From: the human T2T-CHM13v2.0 reference genome, Homo sapiens
Assembly: GCF_009914755.1 (NCBI RefSeq)
Contig: NC_060940.1
Reading direction: 5' to 3' (one strand)
DNA: 64,000 nt
A model generated the notes under the pieces. That model worked only from the letters and a program-made list of their open reading frames with translations, ran no database searches and was not told where the DNA came from. Positions 1 through 17,835 of the stretch are shown one piece after another. Position 1 is the stretch's first letter. Every line of letters starts with the position of its first letter. Both the position numbers and the translations under genes were made by a program.

Positions 1-350
1 TAAATTAAATCAAATTTTGCACCTTGTTTTAAAACTTTCTTGAAGTTTAGAGACAGTAGCCAAGAGGAACTTCAACCTTAGCTAAATATTTTTGAAAATA
101 AAAACAAAAATAGTATTGTATCTTTTTTGTAAGAAAACTGCATTGATGAATTATGTATGGAAAAATTTTAAATTTTAAAAATAATAAAGTGGATAAACGT
201 CCTATGAAGTTTTCAGAAATAACACTGCATTTGTTATTCATATTTTAAATATATTAGAAGAAAGCGAGAAAGTTGGGGGTGTAAGAAGGCAGGAAGGTGG
301 GATAGGTAGGTTCAAAAAACATGCTTGTAGCAATAAGAAAATATATATAC

Positions 351-514
351 CCTTTTCGTCATTCTGTATGTCAGCGTGGACTCTGGTATCATCGTGCCTT
401 TGCCGAGACACCACAGCTGAATTTGAAGGTTGCAGTCCGTAAGAGGAAGAACCACCTCTATCTCTGGATGAAGAATATTTTAAATTACCTGGGTCGGCTG
501 ATGCACTATCAGTT
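351..514 (-). pseudogene. SMG1P1: SMG1-paralog exon 2 (164 nt), encoding (R)TDSASADPGNLKYSSSRDRGGSSSYGLQPSNSAVVSRQRHDDTRVHADIQNDEK(G)
   Basis: The reverse-complement translation matches the SMG1 N-terminus. Acceptor ttttctctttttatag (AG = 515-516) and donor GTATAT (GT = 349-350). It is in frame with exon 1 (phase 2). DPGN rather than the DPDN I recall for SMG1 suggests a paralog. The exact paralog name is tentative. Confidence 0.92.
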
Positions 515-2429
515 CTATAAAAAGAGAAAAGTTTAAGATTAGAACTTTAAATAACATAAATAAATCTTTCTTTAAACAAGCCTCTCTTCTCCCAAATTTT
601 ACATTTAACCATTACTATTGTATTTAGTGTAATATGCACTATATATTATATGTAAGCACTCAGCCGTCTAATAAGAAGTCTTTCACTGGGAAGAGAGTCT
701 CAATGGACGAAATGCCAACTTTTCACTCTCTTCTACTGTTCTAAAGACCCATTCAGAAATATGAATAACTACTGGGATTAGGGTGACTTTGCTGGTTTTA
801 GCATTGAAAGTCTCCTGTCCCAGGCAAAACAGGACAATTGGTTACTCTGGTCCAGTGTTCTCCTCACATGACTTGATAATAAGAATAATTCTTTCTAAAT
901 TCTCCCCCATGGAGACGGTTAATCAGTCAAAACATTTCAGCCTTTCCTGTCATAAAAATAAAAAACACTGGCAGCATGTCAGGGACGGGCAATGTCTTAC
1001 CAAGTTATTTTCTAAGTACTGATTAGGTACTGTAGTATTGAAGACCCCATTGAAGATGCCTTAATTGTAAAGAGTAGCAATCAAAATTTTAAAAAGTAAA
1101 AAAGAAGACATTTTAAGAAAATAAAAGGTATCAGAAATGCAATAAAGTTATATCAGAAAGTTGTAGTTCGTAATCTATTTAAAATTCAGGTACTGTTTAG
1201 AATAATACCTGATGCTTATTAGTAAACAAGTAGGGTACAGCCAAGGGTAAAAGTGTGTCCTCATCTAAGTATCTGCTCTATGCTTCAACTGCCTCATAAG
1301 TAAAACAGAGCTTAGTTACAAGACTTCTCATGAGTGTTACTCTTTCAGCCATCAATCATAAACTATCAAGAAAGAAGACAACAAAATAATCTGTTATAGC
1401 ATATGAAAAATCCAAGTAAGTTCTTCCCCTACTGATTTTCTCCTGAGAGGAACAATTTTGAGGAAAAAAAAAAAGAAAAAGAAAAAGAAAATCACTTCTA
1501 TGATATTTACTAAAAATGCTTTCTCAACCTTTTAGAACCTGAATCTTTTAGAAAAGTTTAGGACACTGGCAAGGCCAGAAACTAACCTATTCCTCTACGC
1601 TTTGCCCCTCCCTCTATGGTGTAAAAGTGACAGCAGTGTTTGTATACTGTATATATTTCGTTTAGAGTTTATTAGTCTTTCCTTGCTCCCAAAAATACTA
1701 AACATAAAACTTTGCATGAGCTCAATCAGTTGGACACCTTGATCTGCACTTACTGCAATCACTGTTAATACAGAATGCAGACAATAGGTCCAATTAAACT
1801 TGGATATCTAACTGGTACAAGTCATTACTTATAAAGGATCTCAATCTGAAACTTCATGAAATTCAAAACCTAGCATACTAAAATGACTAAGGCTCCATAA
1901 GGAGTATCTTCTAATATTCAGAGTTCACTTATTCATAAAGCTAAGTACTTCGAACATAAGGGAAAATAAAATCTATGGAATTTCAAGAAAAATGTATGAG
2001 AATATTTTCTGAGTATACTAAGTCTATAAGCATTAAAATATTAACTCAATGGACCATAACTTTTTTAAACTAATGAAAAGACATTCCTTATGTACCTAAA
2101 AATAGCACACTTAACATGCGTCTATATAAATCATAGCATACCATTACTTTCTGAAAGGAGACTGAAACGTTCAGAGAGCTTATAATCTTTTCTGACAGGG
2201 TTTGAACTTTATATGTATGCCACAGTAAGCTCTTATTAGATGAGCGAATAAAATAAGCACTTGACTAATTCAGAAACACAAAGATAACTGAAGTCTGCCA
2301 ATATTTAAACGTATCTTCACTTCCTGTTTTCATCATGTTTACTTATCTCCTACACTACCTTTACTATTAAGAGTTAAATGTTTCTATCATTTTCTGGTGA
2401 CACAGTAGTACCATAAGGCAGCAGAGAAT

Positions 2430-2600
2430 ACAAGTTAAAAAAAGATCTGGGCTCAAATCCCAGCTCCAGCACTGAAAAGTATGTGTGCCTTTGCACAAAT
2501 TACTTGATCTCCAAGCCTTGGTTGTCTCTTGCATAAAATGAGGATGATACCTATCTAACATGTAAGGTTGTTGTGAGGCTAAAATAAGATAATGAATTAT
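2430..2600 (+). mobile_element. MIR SINE
   Basis: MIR core ctgggctcaaatcccagctcc...ataaaatgaggatgatacc...gttgtgagg. Confidence 0.75.
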
Positions 2601-3557
2601 AAAGAAACACTTAGTTTGCAGGGTATGTTAAAAGTTGTTATGACCATAATACAAAATAAACTCAAAGCTTCCAGTCTAAAAGACAATGTACAAACAGTTC
2701 ATGAGTATATGAATATAATCAAAACAAGTTTTTACAGTCAATATAGAGCAACTTAAATACTTCACTGAAGAAAGCAGGTAATCTGTTGCTACCAACAATG
2801 TGTTTCCAACTAGGAAGCCTCTGATTTCAAACTAAACTGTAAAACCAGGAGCAGCTTCCCCGTTGGTTAGAAATAAGGTTTCTAAATCCCCTAAGTTATG
2901 AACACTGAGATTTTTTTCCCAAAAAAAATCTGTGTTTTCAGAAATATAACAAAAAAAACTGGAATAGAGCCACCGTCTCAGAAATACCTCAAAACTCCCT
3001 AGTTGCCAAATTATTTTAATACAAATTGATCAAAGCATCCCCAACCAGAACTCAGGCTGTAAGCATTCTGAACCTAAAAGCACAAAATGGTTTAGCATTT
3101 ATAAGAAATTTCTATTTTTATACAATCTTGACTGCTTAGGTTTCAAAAAATGTCAATGTCAGGCTGTTAGCACCAACAAGATCATCCCAGTCCAATAAAT
3201 AGAGAACTGTTGAAGAACGGAAATGAGCACTTAAAATGAGGCAATCAAAGCCACAAAATAGAAACTGCAGATTTGAACTCCAAGAAGCAGGCATGAATGT
3301 TAGGCTAGTTAGTTAGAAGAGCTGAAAGGGATATCATCTGCCAGAATTAGTGTCTCAATTTAGTGAAAAAAGAAAATCTATCTGTTAAGTCTAAGAATCC
3401 TAGCAAGGAACCAAAAATACCTCTACAGCCCCTTTAATATTCTAAAAATATCATGGAGAGAAAAAAAAAGAAATGCATAAATTTCCCCAAAACGATCAAA
3501 CTGAAGTTAAAGCCTGATGTACATGCCACATGAGAGGTAAGTTTCTAAAGCTCATAC

Positions 3558-3596
3558 CTCAAAAATCGCCTTTGTGATGTTGTGCATCAAGTCAAT
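3558..3596 (-). other. Candidate 39-nt cassette exon carrying an in-frame TGA (poison exon)
   Basis: Branch-like cactaat, acceptor actactgtcttacag and donor GAG|GTATGA. It reads AG|A TTG ACT TGA in the SMG1 frame. Confidence 0.5.
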
Positions 3597-4438
3597 CTGT
3601 AAGACAGTAGTTACAATATTAGTGAAGACAGTGGGTTAAAACATTTGTTGTTCAAACATGGAGCAAATATCATTCATGAGTTAGGTGCCTTTAGTTGAAC
3701 TATGGTCCCATTAGGGTTCATACATTAAAGCAAAAATTGAGGTGGAAAGACACTCTGTGCCTTACAGGATAAAGAGGCTTAATGTGGCAACCAAAAAAAT
3801 TTTAGTACATAAGAGAATTTAAATGTTAACTATCACATACAAATCACATGCAAATACAGTTACCACTTATTTTAGTTACCTATTCTCCATATACAGAAAA
3901 ATGCCACAAATCTAGGAGGCCATTCGTTTCAAATGACCGGAATCCTTAGACCTCACACCAACAAGCCACCATGTGCTGGGGATGGTATCGCCTGACTAAA
4001 TGTAGCCTTGCAGTCCATTCTTGTAAGTATTAGAGAGAAAAAGAGAGAGAGCATCATCTCTGGAAAGTGTGAAGTCAGGGAATTCCCTACTAGGAAGCAT
4101 TTCCATAAAGCACCCCAAAATGACTTGATGCAAACACCACACCTAGTGGTGTCACTGGAGTAAGCATCATATTACTTCAAATTGCTTTTACCTAGGTTTA
4201 TTAAGGGATTTTGCTCTCATGGTGAGATCTAATTTGTAATGGATATAAACCAGGAAATGAGATTTGCACTAAAGCCAATGAAGTAGGAATGTACTTATTC
4301 TCTAAAGCAGCAAAGATAGTCTCACTGTCACAGAGCAGTTATAGGATATGTTGCTTTCCATACTAATGGTTAATACCACTTGGAAATGATTTACCCTTCA
4401 AAAATAAATTCAAGGTTTTCCCCTGTAATGCCTCTTAC

Positions 4439-4453
4439 CTGGATTCAAACATG
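4439..4453 (-). other. Candidate 15-nt in-frame microexon (CATGTTTGAATCCAG) in SMG1-type intron 1
   Basis: Acceptor tttcaccgtttctcttattcctcattaaag and donor CAG|GTAAGA. Phase 2/2, in frame with exons 1 and 2. Confidence 0.6.
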
Positions 4454-4799
4454 CTTTAATGAGGAATAAGAGAAACGGTGAAACTATGAATAACCCTGGG
4501 CCTTGTATCATTACATTAGAAACACTGCTCTAAATATGAGTCTATGGCTAAAATATTAATTTGAGAGGCTCAGAGAATTTATTATACAAATCTCTTCTTG
4601 CAGAGAACTTTTAAGTTCAAATTTAATAAAACAAAACAGAACCATTCCATGTCAAAATTGTAAATGAGTATGCATCAGTTTTGCAATACTGAAATATTAA
4701 ATTAATATAATTTATTGGTAAAACTACCTTAGCTACCTAAGTATTAAGTGTCTATAATAACCAAATCTTAATTATCCATTTATGGGTGATTTGTTTCCT

Positions 4800-5093
4800 T
4801 TTTTGAGACAGGGTCTCACTCTGTCACCCAGGCTGGAGTGCACTGGCATGACCATAGCTCACTGCAGCCTCGACCTCATGGGTGCAGCCTCGACCTCATG
4901 GGTTCAGCCTCTCAAACAGCTGGGACCACAGGTGCATGCCACTCCATTTAGCTAATTTTTTATTTTTATGTTTTTTGGAGACAGGTGTCTGATTATGTTG
5001 CTCAGGCTGCTCTCAAATTCCTGGACTCAAGCAATCCTCCCACCTCAGCCTCCCAAAATGCTAGGATTAGAAGCATGAGTGACCACATCTGGA
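4800..5093 (-). mobile_element. AluJ-like element with an internal 20-bp tandem duplication (4863-4902)
   Basis: Alu consensus on the minus strand; tgcagcctcgacctcatggg occurs twice. Confidence 0.9.
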
Positions 5094-5169
5094 CTGTCAC
5101 CAATTTTTAACTGTCTGTCAACTAAACAGCCAATATAGACTGATAAAATATATTTAACTATTGTAAAAT

Positions 5170-6329
5170 TGTAAAGAATTGTATCTTCACCAAGGAGAGG
5201 TCTGGCTTCTACCTGTGAATTCTGGAAGGTAATCTCTAAACTCTTGAAATGTCATACCTAATAAGAGGGTCCTGGCCAGGAGCAGTGGCTCACACCTGTA
5301 ATCCCAGCACTTTGGGAGGCCAAGGCGGGCAGATCGCTTGAGGTCAGGATTCTGAGACCAGCCTGGCCAGCATGGTGAAAACTGTCTCTACTAAAAATAC
5401 AAAAATTAGCCAGGCATGGTGACGGGCACCTGTAATAATCCCAGCTACTCAGGAGGCTGAGGTTTCAGTGAGCTGAGATCATGCCACTGCACTCCAGCCT
5501 GGGCAACAGAGCAAGACTATCTCCAAAAAAAAAGGGGGGGGGGGCGGCGGTGGGGGAAAGTGTCCTTGTTCATCTGGGGGCTTTAGGCCACAGCACAGTC
5601 TAATAATGTGGCTTATGGTGGGGGCTTTGAGTCACATGGATCAGCTTGGCCTCCAGTGGGGCTGGAGACTAAGGTTAGCCACATGGGCATGCAACCATGG
5701 AACCCCAGTAAAAACGCTGGACATAAAAAATAGAGTGAGCTTCCCTGGTTGGCAATAATCCATGAGTATGGTCGCACACCAGTGCCACCAGGAAGGTGTC
5801 ATTTTTCACAACTCTACAGGGACAGGACAATTAGAAACTCCAACATTTGGAACTTCCCCGAACTCTGCCCTATGCACCTCTACCCTTGGCTCGTTCTAAT
5901 CTGAATCCCTAAACTGCAATAAACTCTAACCATGGGTATGAGAGCTTTCAATGAGTTCTAGTGAGTCCTCCTGGCAAATCATCCAACCTAAGAGTGGTCT
6001 TGGCCAGGCACAGTGACTCAAGCCTGTAATCCCAGCACTTCGGGAGGCCCAGGCAGGCGGATCACTTCAGCTCAGGAGTTTGAGACCAGCCTGGCAATAT
6101 GGTGAAACTGTCTCTAAAAAATATAGAAAAACTAGCCAGGCGAGGTGGTGTGTGCCCACAGATCCAGCAACTCAGGTGGCTGAGGTAGGAGGACTGCCTG
6201 AACCTGGGAGGGAGGAGTTCAGGGCGCAGTGAGCCGTGATCATGCCACTGCACTCTCACCTGGGTGACAGAGAGAGGCCCTGTCTCAAAAAAAAAAAAGA
6301 GTGGTCTTGGGAACCCCCAAACTTGCAAC
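5170..6329 (+). mobile_element. Solo LTR of the MER21/MER77 group, interrupted by two Alus (5274-5533 and 6002-6298)
   Basis: TG...CA ends, AATAAA near 5918, and a terminal gagtggtcttgggaacccccaaacttgca. The second Alu has TSD aagagtggtctt (5990-6001 and 6297-6308). Subfamily is from recall. Confidence 0.7.
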
Positions 6330-6427
6330 TAGTATTAGAAGCAAGGGTCATCTTATGGACTGGACTCCCTCTTACTCTGCACTCATATTTAAAACCATTA
6401 AATATACTGTAGCTCAAAAAAAGTTGC

Positions 6428-13150
<6,723 letters not shown>

Positions 13151-13321
13151 ACAAATGTTCCTTTAGTTTTAATTTTTATTTTTTAGTTTATTATGGCTGT
13201 TTTACTCTCCCCCAAGTAAAACAGCCATACACAATTTGCTGAAATTTTCCTTAGTGTACTTTGAAATCTGTGGAACAGAACTGGCAATCGCTAAATTCTA
13301 TTTGACTCTAGTTCCATTTAA

Positions 13322-13389
13322 TATTAGACTGGTGTGGAAGTAACTGCGGTTTTTGCCAAAACCGCAATTACTTTTGCACCTACCTAATA
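13322..13389. mobile_element. MADE1 (mariner-derived MITE) palindrome; miR-548-family-like hairpin
   Basis: tattagactggtgtggaagtaactgcggtttttgcc followed by aaaaccgcaattacttttgcacctacctaata. These are two Hsmar1-type terminal inverted repeats with TA ends and almost no spacer. Confidence 0.85.
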
Positions 13390-14245
13390 GGTATAAAATA
13401 TGTAACTTCACTTAATTTTATCCTTTATGTATCTCCCTATATTATGTACCTATGGACATCAAACTTAGTACAGACTGATAAAAGGCTGAATAGACAACTC
13501 TGGTTTCAAAAATCCAGCTTCTCACAACATCAGACATACTAGTATACAGCTTTTCTAATTTCACAACACATTTCCATTTTTTGGTCTTTCACAATAGAGA
13601 AGATGTGTGTACTTTTGAATACTCTGATCTGTCTACAATCTACCAAAATTGGAAGGTGTTTTTATTATACAGTTTCATCCTTTTAGAAATATAGAAAGAT
13701 CCTAAGTTTGGGCACAGTAAGACACTCAATATAGATCTACTACTAAACAAGTAAGACCAATTACACAATTAATGTCCTAATACCCCGAGTGGAGAAGTAA
13801 AATCTACTTGTTTTCTGTTGACTTGAACGCCTTCTCTTCTTTGTTGAATTAATCAATCTATTTGACTCCAATGTCAAATTAATCAATGTCACTTTAGAAT
13901 ATTAAAATGTACAATTATGAATTACACATTTAATTTTAAAACACATCATTCTGATCTCTGTCTTGATTGATACTAGAAGATTATCTTCCAAACTAAGGTG
14001 GAAAAAATGACAGACTTTAGCTATTGGCAATGATAGGTCATTTTTTTAGGGAAGAGGAGTAAAGAGGGCCACCTCCATAGGTCAGATATCCCTTTGTTCT
14101 AAGAAGCCACCACCCCTGTTTCTTCATATGAAAAAAACCAGAGGCATCCAGTGGTTCCCAAAACCTTCTCAACTTTACGCTTGAGGAACCCACAGATTTC
14201 AAATAATACAACTGACCTAAGACACTCATTTGTTTAACCATTCTT

Positions 14246-15442
14246 TTTTTAACTTTTTATTTTTTTTGAGAAGGAGTCTTGCTCTGCTGCCCAGGCTGGA
14301 GTGCAGTGGTGTGATGTCGCTCACTACAACCTCTGCCTCTCAGGTTCAAGTGATTCTCCTGCCTCAGCCTCCCGAGTAACTGGGATTACAGGCATGCACC
14401 ACCACATCCCGCTAATTTATTTATTTATTTTTTTTTAGTAGAGACAGGGGTTTCACCATGTCGGTTGGCCAGGCTGGTCTCGAACTCCTGACCTCAGGTG
14501 ATCCACCCACCTCAGCCTCCCAAAGTGCTGGGATTACAGGCGTGAGCCACTGCCCCCGGCCTGCTTAACCATTCTTAAATGTCGGGTGCAGTGGCTCACA
14601 CCTGTAATCTCAACACTTTGGGAGGCTGAAGGTGGGCAGATTGCTTGCGTTCAGGGGTTCAAGACCAGCCTGGGCAACGTGGTGAAAACCCCATCTCTAC
14701 AAAAAATACAAAAATGAGCCGGGCTGTTGGCAAGCGCCTGTAGCCCCAGCTACTTGTGGATGCTGAGGCAGGAGGCTTGAGCCTGGGAGGTCGAGACTGC
14801 AGTAAGCCAAGTATCTGTGCCGCTGCACTCCAGCCTGGGTGACACAGCAAGACCGTCTCAAAAAAATTGACAGAAGAGTTGACTGAGAGCACAGTGAATG
14901 AAAAGGAAGACTATAAGCCAGTGCCATATAAATGCTTACTGTTGGAGGTATGCTTCTATGGAACACGGGTTTGCTCTCTTGCCATATGACATTCACATAT
15001 TCAGCCACCTGGAACACTTCCTGTCAGTATGTGTGAAGTATCATGTGTGGTCAAAATTGTCTCAACAGTCATTTTCCACACCAACTGGCAAACTAACACT
15101 AAAAGAAATCAACAAGTATTGCTTTTTCAAAAGCCTAAATCGGCTGAGTGCGATGACTTACACCTGTAATCCCAGCACTTTGGGAGGCCAAAGCAGGCGG
15201 ATCACCTGAGTCAGGAGTCCAAGAACAGGCCGGCCAACATGGTGGAATCTCGTCTCTACTAAAAATACAAAAATTAGCTGGACGCCTGTAATCCCAGCTA
15301 CTCAGGAGGCTGAGGCAGGAGAATTTTTCCCTGTAACCGGGAGGCAGGGGCTGCAGTGAGTTGAGATTACACCACTGCACTCCAGCCTGGGAGACAGAGC
15401 AAGACTCCATCTCAGGAAGACAAAAAAAAAAAAAAAAAAAAA
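14246..15442. mobile_element. Three Alus: 14246-14561 (-), 14581-14866 (+), 15142-15442 (+)
   Basis: Alu consensus. The first has TSD tg(t/c)ttaaccattctt at 14231-14245 and 14562-14576. Confidence 0.92.
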
Positions 15443-17723
15443 GCCTACATCAAGGAAAACAGAACCAAAACACCAGGGACAAAATGGTACATAAGAGGCA
15501 AAAAAATTTTCACCAAAATTATTCAGATGAACAATAATAAATGTGCCTGCATCTGAAGATGTTCTAAACCTTCATTTAAGCAAGAAGCAAGATCAAGATC
15601 TGTTCCGTCAGTTACCTGGAGTCTGTCATCTTTCTGAATAGGGGACAGAATCACCTCAAATTTAACTAATAAAAATTTATGACTTGGCAAACACCCCAGG
15701 TATTTTTATTGACTAACAAATCAGCTATGACAATCTTAGCAACAAATCAAGTTATGCTATGGGGTATGTCCACACTTCCCTGTTCCCTCTACAACAGGAG
15801 AAAATCAAATTTTTCCAACATCCTAACAAACTGTTACTGCCTGTAACCAAATGTATCACAGTATCGTCTACCAAGGCGTTACATCCTGAAACTTTCCTAC
15901 AAAAAGCACAGCTTCAAAGAAACCTTGCAAGCTTTCTTGTAAGCTCCTCCCTTCCCCCATCGCCCCTCCCCAGAGCCAAGAAATAAAGCACTTGAAAGAA
16001 ACAACATGGATAATATTTATTAATAGCTCATGTACATATTCCATAACTACATAAGCCATTTGGCTTCATACCTGTCAGCAATGAAGTCAGCTGGCCCTAG
16101 CACGTGGCTGCGACTCTTCTCTATTTATTTAGAACTACAAACTACAATTTACACTTTTCCAAAAGCTGTAGGACTATTTGGGAAGGGCACTTTATTCTTC
16201 TAAAAGGTTACTAAATTCTCTTATATACTTATACTGATCACAATACTGAAAAATAATAGAAAATCCATTGTCATTCATTTACCACCTAATTTGTTAAGAT
16301 GCCAGAAAACCAAATTTTACACATTTCAATAAAAAGGCAAAACTAAGCATGTCAATCATAGGAAAAAAATACTTAATCAACTAATTTTATTTAAAGCACT
16401 CACAAACTCTTAAGTGGTACAAGACAAGTCAACGCTGTTTATCGAACAATATTTTTTTTTACGACTAAACATCTCAATTCTAGACTCAGGCACTAATTAT
16501 TAAAGTCATGTAGTTATATACACCAATTCTCAACAGACACAGTTTTTTTTGGAAAGGCATATTAAACAGACTAAGATGTGTACTACCCATTAGCCAAAGA
16601 TAATTTTATTGATTTTTCTAACAAGTCTTCAAATGTTACATTCTAACATCTTAGCAAATTATTTCCAAATACTGCTGGAATTACATGTAACTATCAGGAA
16701 ACAAAAGGGCTTCTCAACAACTTGTGCGTTCTACATTATCTGGCCAGTTTCCGGACAATTATAATACAATTGTGCTCCAAAGTAGGAGAGTTCCATGAAT
16801 CAATTACCCCTAAAATATATTTCTGTATATTTAAGGAGTTCTAAGCATTGGGTTAAATTCCAAACAGACTCTGAATACAAGCATTTATTTAGTAAGAGAG
16901 GTTAGAATAAATCAATCCTAAATTAGGCACAGCTGCCCTCCCCCCATTGATCAAAAAGACAGGAAATTACATTTATTTAAAAAGTTAATGTTCCTAATAT
17001 ATTCAAATCTAACTAAGCCCCAAAACGGTCTGACATCAAATCCTCCATAAAAGAGGAAATTCTCTAGACTTCTAAGTGGGTGCCCAGAGTTCACTCAAGT
17101 GTCCAGGTATGAATTACGATTCACCAGAGTAACCGGCCTTGCACTTAGGGAAAACTTCCATCGCCCAAGACCAGAGTAGGTCGATCCCATCAACAGTCAC
17201 ACAATCTCATCTCACGCTCCACTAATGAATGTTCTGCCTAAAGTCAGAGCAATGCCTTAGCTGGAGTTTTGTTTTGGTTTTTTCAATATTACCACGTGGG
17301 GGTCACAGAAAGGAACAGAGGTTAGAAGAGCTCTCACGTGGCGGCTGAAAGACTGGGGAACCGAGAAAGTGAATGAGTAACAGGGAGGGTCCTGGACTCT
17401 CAGGATCTCCCAACTCGGGGTCAGGGGGAAGCGGTAAGTGGAATGCCCCCCGCCCCCCCACCCCCGCCTCTTTCTCACCTCCTGGTCCCGACCCTAGGCC
17501 AGTGCCACCGCCGGGAGCCCCGGGTCTCGGCTTCAGCCCCGGGCTGAACAAGCAGGGAGGGGAGAGGCACTTAGGCCTCGCCTCCCCGCGGCCTTCCTCC
17601 CCCAGCCGGGGCGGAGGAGACCCAGGAAGCTGCGCCCGGCTCCCGGGGGTGGAGGGCCTAGGCCTCGGCCCGCCCGAGGCGGAGCCCGGGAGGTCGGGGC
17701 GGGGTCCCGGGCCGGTCACCCAC

Positions 17724-17815
17724 CTGGGTTGCCAGTCATTCCAGCTCCGCGAATAGTTGGTGCCGTTGGTGCCGCCGCCGCCGCTCAGCCGAGACCCCGG
17801 GGCTCTGCGGCTCAT
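17724..17815 (-). pseudogene. SMG1P1: SMG1-paralog exon 1, coding part (92 nt): MSRRAPGSRLSGGGGTNGTNYSRSWNDWQP(R)
   Basis: ATG at 17815-17813 and donor CAG|GTGGGT (GT = 17722-17723). The peptide is recognisably the SMG1 N-terminus with an altered Gly tract. Intron 1 spans 515-17723, and later exons lie left of the window. Confidence 0.92.
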
Positions 17816-17835
17816 TACCTTCCCCGACACGACAT
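17815..17835 (-). other. uORF MSCRGR* whose TAA overlaps the main ATG (TAATG)
   Basis: The minus strand reads tggccATG TCG TGT CGG GGA AGG TAA TG. Confidence 0.75.

Noticed and set aside
16072-16134. Possible extra cassette exon ending in CAG|GTATGA on the minus strand
   Set aside because: The donor is good, but the upstream acceptors lack a convincing polypyrimidine tract.
17303-17830. 175-aa minus-strand ORF as a single-exon protein
   Set aside because: Only the 30 codons from ATG 17815 are SMG1 exon 1. The rest is read-through past the donor into GC-rich intron.
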